From Phoronis australis (lineage: Eukaryota; Animalia; Phoronida): a stretch of 64,000 nt of DNA. Below the pieces are notes generated by a model. The model was not told the origin of the DNA. It did not search any database and saw only the letters and a list, made by a program, of their open reading frames with translations. Below are positions 41,301 to 53,300 of the stretch, piece by piece. Position 1 is the stretch's first letter. Every line of letters begins with the position of its first letter. The position numbers were made by a program, and so were the translations under genes. Location of the stretch: contig NMRA01000642.1 of the NCBI GenBank assembly GCA_002633005.1, positions 1 through 64,000 on the forward strand, written 5' to 3'.

Positions 41301-44300
41301 ATTCAGCATTGATTGATGTAACTGTCACTGATAAACCTGTTGTTAGAAATCATTCCAAACAATAATACTGTTTTGATGCACAAAAAGATCCCGAGTGCTA
41401 CGTCAAGTATCGCAAAACACATCACAACAAACAAAAAATTAACCTGACTGGCGACTGCAGCGAAGTCGACATCGGCGAGTACCTCAGTAAACAGGTATCA
41501 GTAGAATAAACATAGAATAATCGTTAAAATAACCACAAACCTTACCTTTGTAGTAGGGTGTGCTTACTTCCTCTCATAGAAGCTTCCTTTTCACGCAATC
41601 TCTGATTTAGTTGGCACAGCTGCAAGCCATTTCACCATGTATTTCAAGGGCTCGCGAAATCGAGGCTCTTCATCTATCACCACTAGTACACGCGCGCCCT
41701 CTGGTTAATGTGGATTTTCCGAATAGCCCCATTGAACTGCTTTTGATGTTGGGTACTATCCGGTCGAATGTAAGGGAACAAATTGCTTACACTGTTTTGT
41801 AAAAGACGCATGCTTAGTTGAGTTAAATTTGTCGTGCGGTCCTCATGAGTTGGGTGGCACATGATTTTTGAAGAACTCCCGCGACTCAGAAAAAGCTGCT
41901 GATGCACCGCGACAGTAACCCCCTCTAACGAGAACCCTTTTCATTATTGAGCAATTACCATCAATATCAGTTGAACCCAATATACATATCAACCTACCCG
42001 CATAGGCTGTGTTATTTTCTTCACCAGGTGGCAGCAAAGGGCCGGTTTTGCTACTCCATGGTCACGGGACATATTCGATCTTGTTTACCCTGGATACGGT
42101 ATCTGAAAACATGGCGGAGTTTCTGGTTAAAAGGAAATACGACGTCTGGTGTCTGGACTGGAGATGTAAGTCTTGATTTGATCTCCAAACTTTAATGTAC
42201 ATTTTGTAAATGCTAACACTTCGGGAAAAAAGGTCGCATGCTCGTCGCATACAGAACTGTAGATGGGCGTATCCATTGTTTATTTTGTTTTTCTTTCTTG
42301 AACTGAAGATAATGGCAAGCATGTATCGGTAACCAGCTGGTGTGCACCCGAGGTACGATATCCATGCGACCTGTATTGTTATGTCCAACAAAGGCGCCAC
42401 GAAGGATAACAATGACAGTCCTCTTAACCGATAACCATGCGATGTGCTTACGCCCATGGTGTACATCCTGCAAGTAAAACAATGACTTGTGACCTACATA
42501 CGAGGTCAATTGGCAAAATAACACAGAAGTGTGTACATTGGTGTAGAAGACTCCGATAACCATGCGACGTGCTTACGCCCGTGGTGTGGATCCTGCAAGT
42601 AAAACAATGCCTTGCTACCTACTGTGCATACGAGGTTAATTGGCAAAATAACAGAGATGTGGGTACATTGGTGTAGAAAACTTTGTTATTTCAAGAGTCA
42701 TGTGGAAGATGTTCATTTTTCCATTTCAAAGGTCTCCGTGATTGTTCGTGGCTGCCTTTTAGAGCATTTGGGTTATTGAGAGTCTCCAGCTTAACATGCA
42801 AAATAGGGTCGATAATTAACTCTGCATTAGCTCGTCGTTTGCATATGCGTCCAAAGGCACTCTGCAAAGCCTGGTTCCACCGTGACTGTTATGACTTGCC
42901 AACCATGGAAAAGAAATGCATCCGAGAAATACAGCAGGAAAAGTATGTGGGCCAATTGAATCTTAATTTCCCTCTTCATTTACTTATAGGTGCTCCTTAT
43001 CGACCAGAAGCTCGCAAACCATTTACTCTGGACGACGTGGCCAAGTACGATATCCCATCCGCTGTTGATCGCGTGCTGAAGGAAACTAATCACAAAGATC
43101 TTGAGGTAAATCAGGCGCAGTGTACCAACAGAGATCTTACTATGTCTGCTTTAACAATTTTTGTAACTGTATTGACAAATTTCGCAGAATTTTCCACTTC
43201 GCTGCTGCAATATTTTTTTGCGCATAACTGATAAGTATACCATAAGGCGAAGTCAGAAATGGAGGATGTTTTTTAACCGTATTCCGTTATTTCTACTCTA
43301 GACGTTATATCTTATTCATAAAAAACACGCCACGCTTGACAATTTTCTTCCCCTGATTGGGTACGTTTTGGAGTTTGCCAGACAGGGGCACGGGGCAAGG
43401 GTAAACAGTTGTCAAGTCCCATTGTGTACTGCAGCAAACCCAGGACGACGGTAAGTTCTTCCCAAGATTTGGTGTAATTCCTGAACGTGATGAACGACAT
43501 TTGACCTCCCTTTGAACCCGAGTCGGCTTGAGAAATGAATGCAGCTCAGTCATGGACCTTAGGAATTATGAACCTTCTGATTTTAGGTCGTTTGGACTTT
43601 TTTGGTTTTTGAACCTGCGGACTTATGAACCTCCAGGACTATCGAGTGGTATCTTACGAGGACTAAGAGTGAAACACATTCTGGACTCCCTTCTCTTAAG
43701 AGTGTGTTCTTTGAAATCGTCGAGTGAATTTGACCAAGTCGTTGATATCACGTTCGTTTCTATGATTGACTTCTGTTGATACCTGCGTGTGTCAGACTGA
43801 GTTGTTTTAGATGTTTGGGTTCATTGTCTGCACGAGTGTCTTGATCATTTAGATCCTATGTCACTGTCTGGGAGCGCCAGCCTTCTGGATGTCACGACTT
43901 GGCGGCTTTCTCGACGGCAAGATTCGTTGTGTGGCTAATTTGCAAGGAAGCATTACGCCATACCCCAGTCCTCTGAACAAGGTAGGATTGTAATGTAAAG
44001 ACTTAGAGTGCTTGTTAATGTGTTCAAGTGGAGTTGAATTTTATAGCTCTTTTAACGTATTCTAATTTTCCGAAAAAAATTTAGTCTAACCTATCAAAAG
44101 GTCGGGATTTTGTGGCGTACATGTACATTGCAAACACTGTTCACTGGAAAAGAATGAAACCATTGTAAAAATGCCAAAAAACGCCGCATTACCTTTAGGT
44201 ATATGTTGCAGGTGGGGGGGGNGAGGCACCTCTCGGCCGAAATGTTGGGAAACAGAGATAGGTTTCCGCTCTCAACATTTATTGCCAAGTAATTACCGAT

Positions 44301-47300
44301 TAACTGAAAAACTTCGACACATCAAGGTTGTTTTAAAATATGACTGCAAATTGAACAGACTCTCATGACATCAAATGCTTCCTGCGCCTGTGCTTTAGCC
44401 ACTTTGTCTTCGACGATTCGGTAATCTGTTACTCTAAGTACAAAAATGAAAGTCAACCTCGTACTACGGGACAACGCGAAAGTAAATCCTTCAACAAGTC
44501 CTGGTGAGGGGACGCTCCTATTAGGCGCAAAAGATAGTGTCATATTTGTTTTAAAAATAATTTTGCCGGATTTTAATGAGTTTTGCAAGCTTTTGCATTG
44601 CCTCATTTTTGGTGTCGACACGTGTCAACTTGTAATAGGACACTGAGTTAATCGTTTTATGGGATATAAGAATGTCACACAACGAGTTCAGACGAGTGGT
44701 ATCGCATGTTTTATTTCACCGAAGCTTTCTTTACAAATTTCAGGTAAAAGTTGGCTTGAAGTTATCGAGCTTTTTTGAAAGTTTTGCACTGGAAGCCATT
44801 GACATATACGATGACGACTTGTCTCTCTTGGACAGAATGCTACAGAAATTCTCCAAAGGTAAGTTATCGCTGAAACTACGCTGTATAAGAGTAAGATAAA
44901 CATGTGGCGTTTTCAATACAACTTTGTAACGCAGTAAGGTTTCAGTCTACCCCAGAACTGTACCGCCCGCTAGTCACTCACGCGAGTTAAGCAGCACTCA
45001 TCGTTCAGCATTCCGACGCTGGTTTCTAATGACTGTTGGTGACTGATGTTATGTTGTTTTGGCTTTTATAGTCGGCAAGCTTACTCGCAATGTACAATGT
45101 ACAGGCTGATGCACCGCCGCAGATTGTACGTCTCCTTATCAAGCGCGCTCAACTGATCAACACAATAGGCCTACATGCAACGCAGTACCACCATGTCCTG
45201 GGTTCCTGATAATTGAAATACATTGGCATCAGGATAAAGTATATTAATTTTTACAATACTGTACAGTTTGTACATTGTATTTATCCTCTTTTCCCCAATA
45301 TTTTTCATATTTTGTCATCTTTTTCACTTTTTTCTTGGTGAATCTCAACGATGGACGTATTTTCTTACCTTTTGCGTTCATCCACAGAATAATAAAAAGA
45401 ACGCTGTTATGTATTTCAGTGGTCGCAGACACGGTTTCAGCAGACGAGAATGAGTGTAAGAACAGTATATGTCATAAACTGACTTTAGCATACGGGTTGT
45501 TATGGGAACATAGCCAGCTCAACAACGACACCCATCGGACACTCCATGAAATGTTCGGCGCAGGTTCTTTGATGTCGTATGCACACATGTCGAAGTACGT
45601 TGATTTAAGCGTCAAGTTATACATTATTTCATGCCATCAAGCACATATCACAATTAGAATTATTTCGAGACACTGCAACAATTTTCCTTCAATGAAAGTA
45701 TCAAATTTTCCGTGCCAAAGGCGATTATATAATAACCAACGACTGAGTTTTGCCTATCGACAAAATACACATTGTAGTTAACGTAGTTGTGCGTGACCAA
45801 GAGAATTGTCGTTGTAAAACATGTTGATATACTGTTCCAAAGTATTCATGAGCCCCCTAATTTGACGAATTAGGTAAAATGGTCCGCTTCAATCGAGATC
45901 AAACGAAACAAAAGTCCACAGGAATTCGGCGCGGATGCACAATTTGTAGGCCTGAACCTACTGTAGTGGCCCTGTTTTTTTCTTAGTCCTCGATTTTATT
46001 CAGTAGAAGGTCTGCGTACCGAGAAATTCGAGCCCCCTATATTTTAGGATGGGTGCGCGCGTGGTATTTAACATTTCTTGATGTTACTGAAAACAAGACT
46101 CACGTCTTTTACATAGATTGTTCGAACAGAGGCGTCTCACGGGATTTAATGATGACGATCTCTACATGCCTGGGTACTCGGAAAAGATCGAAGAGGTGTT
46201 GTCCTCACGTCGCTCTAAGAAGTGGTTGGGCAGACTGGATGTACCGATGATCCTTCTGATGAGTGAACTAAATGGGGTTTATAAATCACCTGACACTTTG
46301 AAGGTACTGAGCAAGACCTAGACTTATTTTAGACATAATTTGTTATAAAATGTCCTTAACGAAGCATGTTGGTCCACCACGGCACACGCTCCCGGGTCAC
46401 GCAAGACGTTTCCCACAAGTACTAACAATGTATACTGAAACTAAAGAATGGATCTGCCGAGTAAACGTGAACCGTCACAAGCCACCGGGGTCACTGAACC
46501 CCATGCTCACTCTGAATTCCAGGCTGTGAACGGTTCAAAGTATTTCGGCTGAGCTGCAAGTTACTTTTTTACGTCTTGAACCCAGTTAGATGGCATGTCT
46601 GTTTTTATTTCTGGTTCGAAATTGCCTCATCTACTGCCTAGAAAAGTCATCACTAAACATCCGATTAGCATAAATAATGACATTGTTTTAAATCTTTGAG
46701 AAGGAACTGGGACATTTTTGACACGAGAAAATGTTTTACACAGTAGCTGCCAGTTTAAAAAACTGGAATACGAAATACTTCATGTCAAAACATTCTGTTG
46801 ATTAAATTTTACATGTACAACATATTTGTGTTATACAAGCATCGGAATGCATATTGGAACTTACTTGAAGCTTGGTTGTTCCATAACTCTAATTTCAAAC
46901 ACCCCCTATGAATGACAACAACACGCCGTTGGTATACCCTTTTTTGGCTTACGCGGATACAGTGTATGTTTGAAATTATTGCTGTGCCGCTTAGCCACAC
47001 TTGAAAGGCTTCCACAGGTTTAGTCATACATCATACCCGGACATACACCGGGCGCTATACCTAGAAAGACATTGCACCTGGACATTTATCAACCCTGAAT
47101 ATGCATTGTAACTAGACTTGAATCGTACTAAGACATGAATCTTATCTCAAATTACCCATCCGCTTCTCTGAAACAAAATAAATCTCTGTGACCTTCGCCA
47201 ACGCTCAAAAGTTTGGAGATTAATTTGAAAACTCCTTTCAAAGCTTTCTAAACAGGTAGGCGTGTCCTACGCTTTTAGCGAATTACACTGCAACTGTGAG

Positions 47301-50300
47301 GAAAAGACCACCCACCAAAAACCATAATACCCAATTAGTGTCATTCATGCACAGTAGGAAACATGAGTTTTTAGTTGATTCCTGCCTTTAGCTCAGAAGA
47401 GTGATGATGCATCAGCAAGTGACAGACAGAAAATTGGTGGAAATCATAAAAACTTGGTTTAGTATCCTTTCAAGGAGTCGGGATACGTCAATATTCCTTC
47501 GTGTCTATTAACCTAGGTCATGCATGATCTCGTGCAAGCCGCACATCCGGAACACAAAGACCAGTTTGAATTCCGTTTGCTAGAAGGATACGGACACTTG
47601 GACCCCCTGATTGGAAAGAACGCCAATAAGGAAATTTACCCAATCATAGTGTCTTTCCTCGATAAATATGCGCACGCAGATATCAAAGTTTACAAGCAGG
47701 CGTTTGCGACTGTAAGCAAGGCGTTAGCAGTTATCGGTGAGTCTTCTTATTGACAATGGTTTACCAACGTTATGGTTAATTTGTTATGCTCCTGGCCTTA
47801 CTCTGTGTACACGTATCTGAAAGTGAGTAAAAGAGTTTAAAACGACTTCCAGATTGGATGTGTAAATCTGGGTCCTATATCATTGTATTGTTTCTGTGTA
47901 TTTGACCTATCGCTAGGATTTTGAGTGGCGACTTAACTGACCAATCAGAACGCAGCATTCTTGACACACCTTTGTTTCCAAGCCGCCATTTTACCCTGCA
48001 AAATCACGTTGCCTTGTATAACTTATTGTTTTTTGTAGATTTTTCACAAAGTGGGAGGAGCTTGCAATAGGTCAATAACCAAAAAAATAACTGCTTCTAA
48101 CTTACAGGCAAAGTCGGGAACGTCATAGCTACCGATGCAACAACAAATGAACTATCCGACCATCCTGACTTCCATGTTCGCGTCGACGATCAAACAAAGA
48201 GTGACATCGACGTTGACAGCTCCGAACTGACGACAGACCAGAAAATTGCTTCAATTTTATTGGACAATGAAATTCCCAATGAGAAAGTGGTGGTTTGGAA
48301 AAAACGCCTGCATTATGCAAACGATGACAAGTAGGTGCATGCATTGTGAGAAAGATCAAAGAGAGTTTTGTGGAATGGTGTTAAAAATTTGTAGTAAACT
48401 CTTGAAACAACGAAATCTAAACTGCATAACCAAACTGGTTTTAAAACGTACCGGTTCCGTGGGTGGATAGTTTTTCCAGGAAGGACTTCTTCTTAAACTT
48501 ACAACGTTGTTTTAGTTGTTTTAAGCATTATGAAAGTAGACCAATCCTAGATTATGTGTGTTGACGCTAAGATCACATGGTACTGTCTGTTGAACATCTA
48601 GCTCCAAAAAAGTTAGCAAATGAACAAAATGAACACACGCGTTTGTAGTCGCATACCGTTGTACAGAAATGGAGGGAATTGTGAGCTGAGTATAAATTGA
48701 TGGGAAGCAAAACCACTTGATAAGTACGCGCTAATGGGCTCAAAACGACAGAACGAGGAATTAGACCTCGACGTGGACGGCTCTTGGTAAACAGGGTGTG
48801 ACTTGCCTACGGTTGCCAGGTTTGGTTCAGAAAAATAACATTACCAAATCTGTACGTTGACGCATGTGTGTATTTTAAATAGGTACACACCTCCGCAGCC
48901 GTCGGCGGCAGAGGAGGTTCATTTTAGAAGGGTAAAGATGGGGAACTCTCGGAAAAGAGACATCTACTCTATAAGTGACATACATATCGGCAAGTACTTT
49001 GGACCAGGATCCCACAGTCAGCTTCTGTCGTTCCTTGAGAAGCTCACAGCTGCTTCATTCGAAGTCCACAGCCTCGTGTTATTGGGCGACATCATAGAAA
49101 TGTGGTACTACTCCATGAATGAGACGCCACTTAGTGGTACGTAAAACAAATATAGGCTCAGAACACTTAACAGATTTTCAGGTAAATAATCTTTTAAACA
49201 GAACGCTTCACAGATTCAAAGCTGGAAGAAGACAAACACGAAATCAAAAGCGCTTGGATTCAGACGAGAATATTTACGAAAGAGAATTGCGTTGTTCAGA
49301 CAGCCCCGGATTGGTGTAAACCCAAGCTTTCTTTATAATGACATAATGCTAAGAACGTTACATGATGGACCGTGCATCACTGAAAAAAGTTGGGTGCACT
49401 GCTCACAAACCATGGACTGCATAGCGCTGGAAAAAATGTGTGTGTGGGGGGAGACTATAGCTTCCCATCCCCCTATGGTGCGCAGCCCATGCATGTACTG
49501 GTTTATATATCTATATTACTAAAGGTCGAATGAAGACTATAAGAGAAAACAAATAAAGATAGTTATGCTTCCCGATTACAAGTTATTGATAATTCAGTCC
49601 CTAAAGCGACGCAGCAACGAGGTTAAAGTGTGACGTACTTTCTGGAATATACATGTACATGTACACGTAGGTCATAGTACAAGTAGATAAGCGTCAAGGG
49701 TTCCTTCAGCAAGAAAATGAAGTTACCAATTCAGAACTTTAATTTTATTAAAATCATTTAAAGCCATTGACTAGGCGTTGCATTTGACATCCTGATCCGA
49801 TGAATTCGGTTAACACTCGACAAAAGGAATTGCGATCCGGGTTTGAACTACGAATTACCTAAAGCACTTACTAATTCTATAAAGAAGAATTTAACCTCTT
49901 ATTTAAACTTAATATGTTTTTGAATGGCGAAACGAATGCAGCGCAGAGTACAATTGTCAAAGCAAGACTCGTCGATACAATCACTGCAACCCAAGGAATT
50001 CCAATCATGGCGTCTTCAACTTATTTAATTCATGCTATAGTGCTGTTTCTAAGCTTGCCATTTCTTGGCGAGTCGCCACTTCATTGGAAAGACAAAAATG
50101 GCCACAGCGTAATTGAAAGCCACGTTGTCGAATCCACCACAAGCACAGCGACTGAGAATGACGAAAAGGTATTAAAATAACGCGAAAATGTCGACCACAA
50201 ACAACAGAACATGTTAACCTGATAGAGAAACGTAGCACGCATGTTGTCGGTCTCGGTTGTGCGTCACACATTACATGTATATCCAATAACAAGCCAACGT

Positions 50301-53300
50301 CTGCAGCGTCATCTCCCGGAATTTCAACGTGGTCTAAACTGCCTGTCCTTAGTCTTATTTACATGTATACTCAAAATGCTGGTTTGTAAATCTTTAATGT
50401 TTTAAATGTCAACACTTCGTTTTTTACTAGTTTCTGTGAGAAGGACTCAACTGTTGCAATGTTGGACTAACTTACAGTGATAGATACCGTCTTGTTAGGA
50501 ATTCGTTATAACTTTAACAGCTGTAAGAAACAGTTTGTCGTGTGTCCATTTGAAATCTTCTGATTTATGAATTTACAAGCAATGTTAGCAAATTAATTGA
50601 TAAGCAATTTACGGTTTTATGTATTGTACATATAAAAACTAACTTGCATTTTTTATTTCCAGTATCACAGCTAGTTGAGAAATTCTTGTCTGGTGAAATA
50701 GAGGACACCTCTGAATTATTTGCCGCTTTTAGAAATTTGGCAGAAAATCACGATGTGATGGTTTATTACATTCTTGGAAATCATGACCACAAATTGACTA
50801 GGGAAGCCTGTCGTGAGCTTCTTGGTGATAAAGTTCAATTCATCCCAGGGATTCTCGTAATGGAAATTGAAGAAGGTAAGACTGCAATCTACTCAAAGAG
50901 AGAAAAACGTTTTGCTTGTGCTATCATGCCATAATGCAATATAGAACTCTAACTACTCAAGACAGTTTTAACATGACTTGGACAGCACAAAACTTCGGCA
51001 TAAGTTTCGACCCTTAAACTTGCGACAAAACATGCATTTCTATTCGAGTATATTCCGTTTCCATTCGGGCCAAATCTCCACTCAATCTCTACTGGTCGTG
51101 CTCCACTACATTAGTTAAAATAGAGACAATGTTGTGTGCAAAGTTATTAGCAAATAAGCACAATAACTTTTTATTAAACTTTGAGAAGATTTCGATAAAA
51201 ACGCTCAGCTACTGCAATAAAAGTTCTACTGAACTGCCAAAAATTATACGAAGCAGTTTGTTTTTCTTTGGTGCAGTCTGGCAGAATTCTTCCAATGTCT
51301 GTCTTTTTATTTGGAAACTACTGTACGTAGGTACAGGTGTAGCTGTCCACTGAATTCCTTGCCTTTCACCACAGGAATATTGCTGAGGACGGAACTAGTT
51401 GAACTTGAATAAGCCTAGCACGTTCTCACCGTACATGTAGTTGTGGGAATTGCTGTGAAATGATAAGAGACTGAATCGGGAAAATGATCTTTTACAATTT
51501 GCAGAAAATGAGATCTACAGAATTCGCTTCGAACACGGTCATGACTGGGACCTTTTCAACTCGTTTGCGCTATGTGACCAGCCAGGTGGACTTCTGCCTG
51601 GTAAGTCTATCATGCCAACTGCATCAGATAGTTTAGCAGGCCTGCAAATGTACGGTCAAATGTGTTGTTGACAGAAAAAAGAAACACTTACCATTTTTTT
51701 CATGGTCACGGTCAGTGTTTCAAATTCTTGCTAATGAGCAAATTGTACTTAGCAATGGACACGAAGTGTCATTTTGCTTAGTATATTACTTATGCGTAAA
51801 TTTTTGTAAGTTTCTTTTGTGCGCGCTACAGGTCGCCCTTTTCGTCTGATCGATACGAAATTCGCGAACACGTATGCTTTAAATTCTGGATGTCTATAAT
51901 TTTATGCGTCTGTTGACCCGCGAAGTCGAGATCTGGTTATGAAAACATCTCCATGAGAACTTTGCTAACTGCTATGTCCGAACAACTCTGAAATATTCAC
52001 CGACAGGTGGAACGAATACATGTATATATCAAAATATATAGAAAAATTGAAAACTAAAGGAATCAATATTAACATGGAACCGAGCATGTGCATGTTCCAT
52101 GAGCATATGGCTGTTCAATAGTTGATCACAGGGCGCTTAATTAAAGTGAAATTCTTTTACTAGGTGACATGTGCTTTGGTTACTACGTGGCACGAGTAGC
52201 GGCAACTGCTAAGTACAGCACTCCAAGCGCCGTCAAGGGGACAGCTCCTCTTCTGGAGAAGTGTGGCCTCGATGTCTTCGGAAGTTTGATTGTGAAGCTG
52301 CTAAGCACCGACTATCTGCAGCATCTACTGACAGAAAAGTTGTTGGAAGGTAAGGTACATGTAGGATGACGAAGGAAAACAGATGTTGGAAGGTAAGATA
52401 GGATAACACTGGAAGAAAAGATGCTGGAATATTACGTACACTAGAATATTACGTTGTGGAAACATATTGGTACAGTAAGTAATGTAAAGTAACGCGGGAA
52501 GGAAAATTATGGGATAGTTAAGTAGAATACTGTACTCTCATTGTAACAATTCGTCGTCTTCCTTACGACGTCATAATAAACGTATACTGTATATAAGTAA
52601 CAATGTACACAATAACGTCACACGGAAAGGAACGGTCTTTGTGTTGAACGAGCTTGAAATAAGTTGGGAAGGAAAGATATCTAAATGTATAACTTGTGGT
52701 TCCTTATTAGTTTGTCGCAAATAAATCCAAGACATGGAAAACCAACATCTACATGTATGCATAGACGGCTTGGACGTCATTGCACATACATGATATCTGC
52801 TTCCAAACAAACAATGACAGGTTCTCATTCTTTCCAAGGACTGTCCAGAACTAAAGCTGTCTTTCAAACAACGTGGTGTACGCTGGAAGCTTGGGAACTC
52901 TAGCTTTGTTACTTTGATTACACACGTTCACATTCTTAAATGTCTTAAAATACGATCGCGTTATTTGTAACTACTAATGTACGTGTAATACCAGTTCGTG
53001 ACAAATATTGTTCTCTTGTGTAGTTCCTATCTCCGAAAAATGCTCTCAGTCTGCAGCACGTGCACCGTTCAAGCGGAAGTGCATGCAAATTGTGCGTCTA
53101 GAGAACACGCGGCTACGCTTTATAATGCTTATTGAAATAGCTAATACACATTTCGAGTACTTTTGAAGAGCAAACACGTTCCTTTTCAGTTCCGTTTGGG
53201 AGAGATATTCATCCAGATCAAAAGTTCTTAATAAATGGCAATGGAGATTACGTAACATTCAAAAACCTACGCAAGTACAAACTAGTCTCTCGAATGGTAG

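Larger units (their letters stand above)
34523..47736 (+). other. Alpha/beta-hydrolase module of the large gene (Cys at the nucleophile elbow)
   Basis: Motifs GPVLLLHGHG (oxyanion region), YDVWCLDWR, TLDDVAKYDIPSAV, ILCHCLGA (nucleophile elbow, exon 36763-36891) and EGYGHLDPLIG (catalytic His, exon 47517-47736). Confidence 0.82.

Noticed and set aside
46048-46250. Alternative acceptor at 46046-46047 and ORF 46053-46250
   Set aside because: Splicing there gives an early stop; the acceptor at 46115-46116 keeps the hydrolase frame.
49651-49665. Recurrent TACATGTA/ACATGT palindromic words throughout the window
   Set aside because: Scattered without regular spacing; looks like a genome-wide compositional bias rather than a local element.
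52685-52903. 72-aa ORF inside the phosphoesterase region
   Set aside because: No suitable splice sites or motifs; exons 52164-52349 and 53190-53305 join in phase without it.
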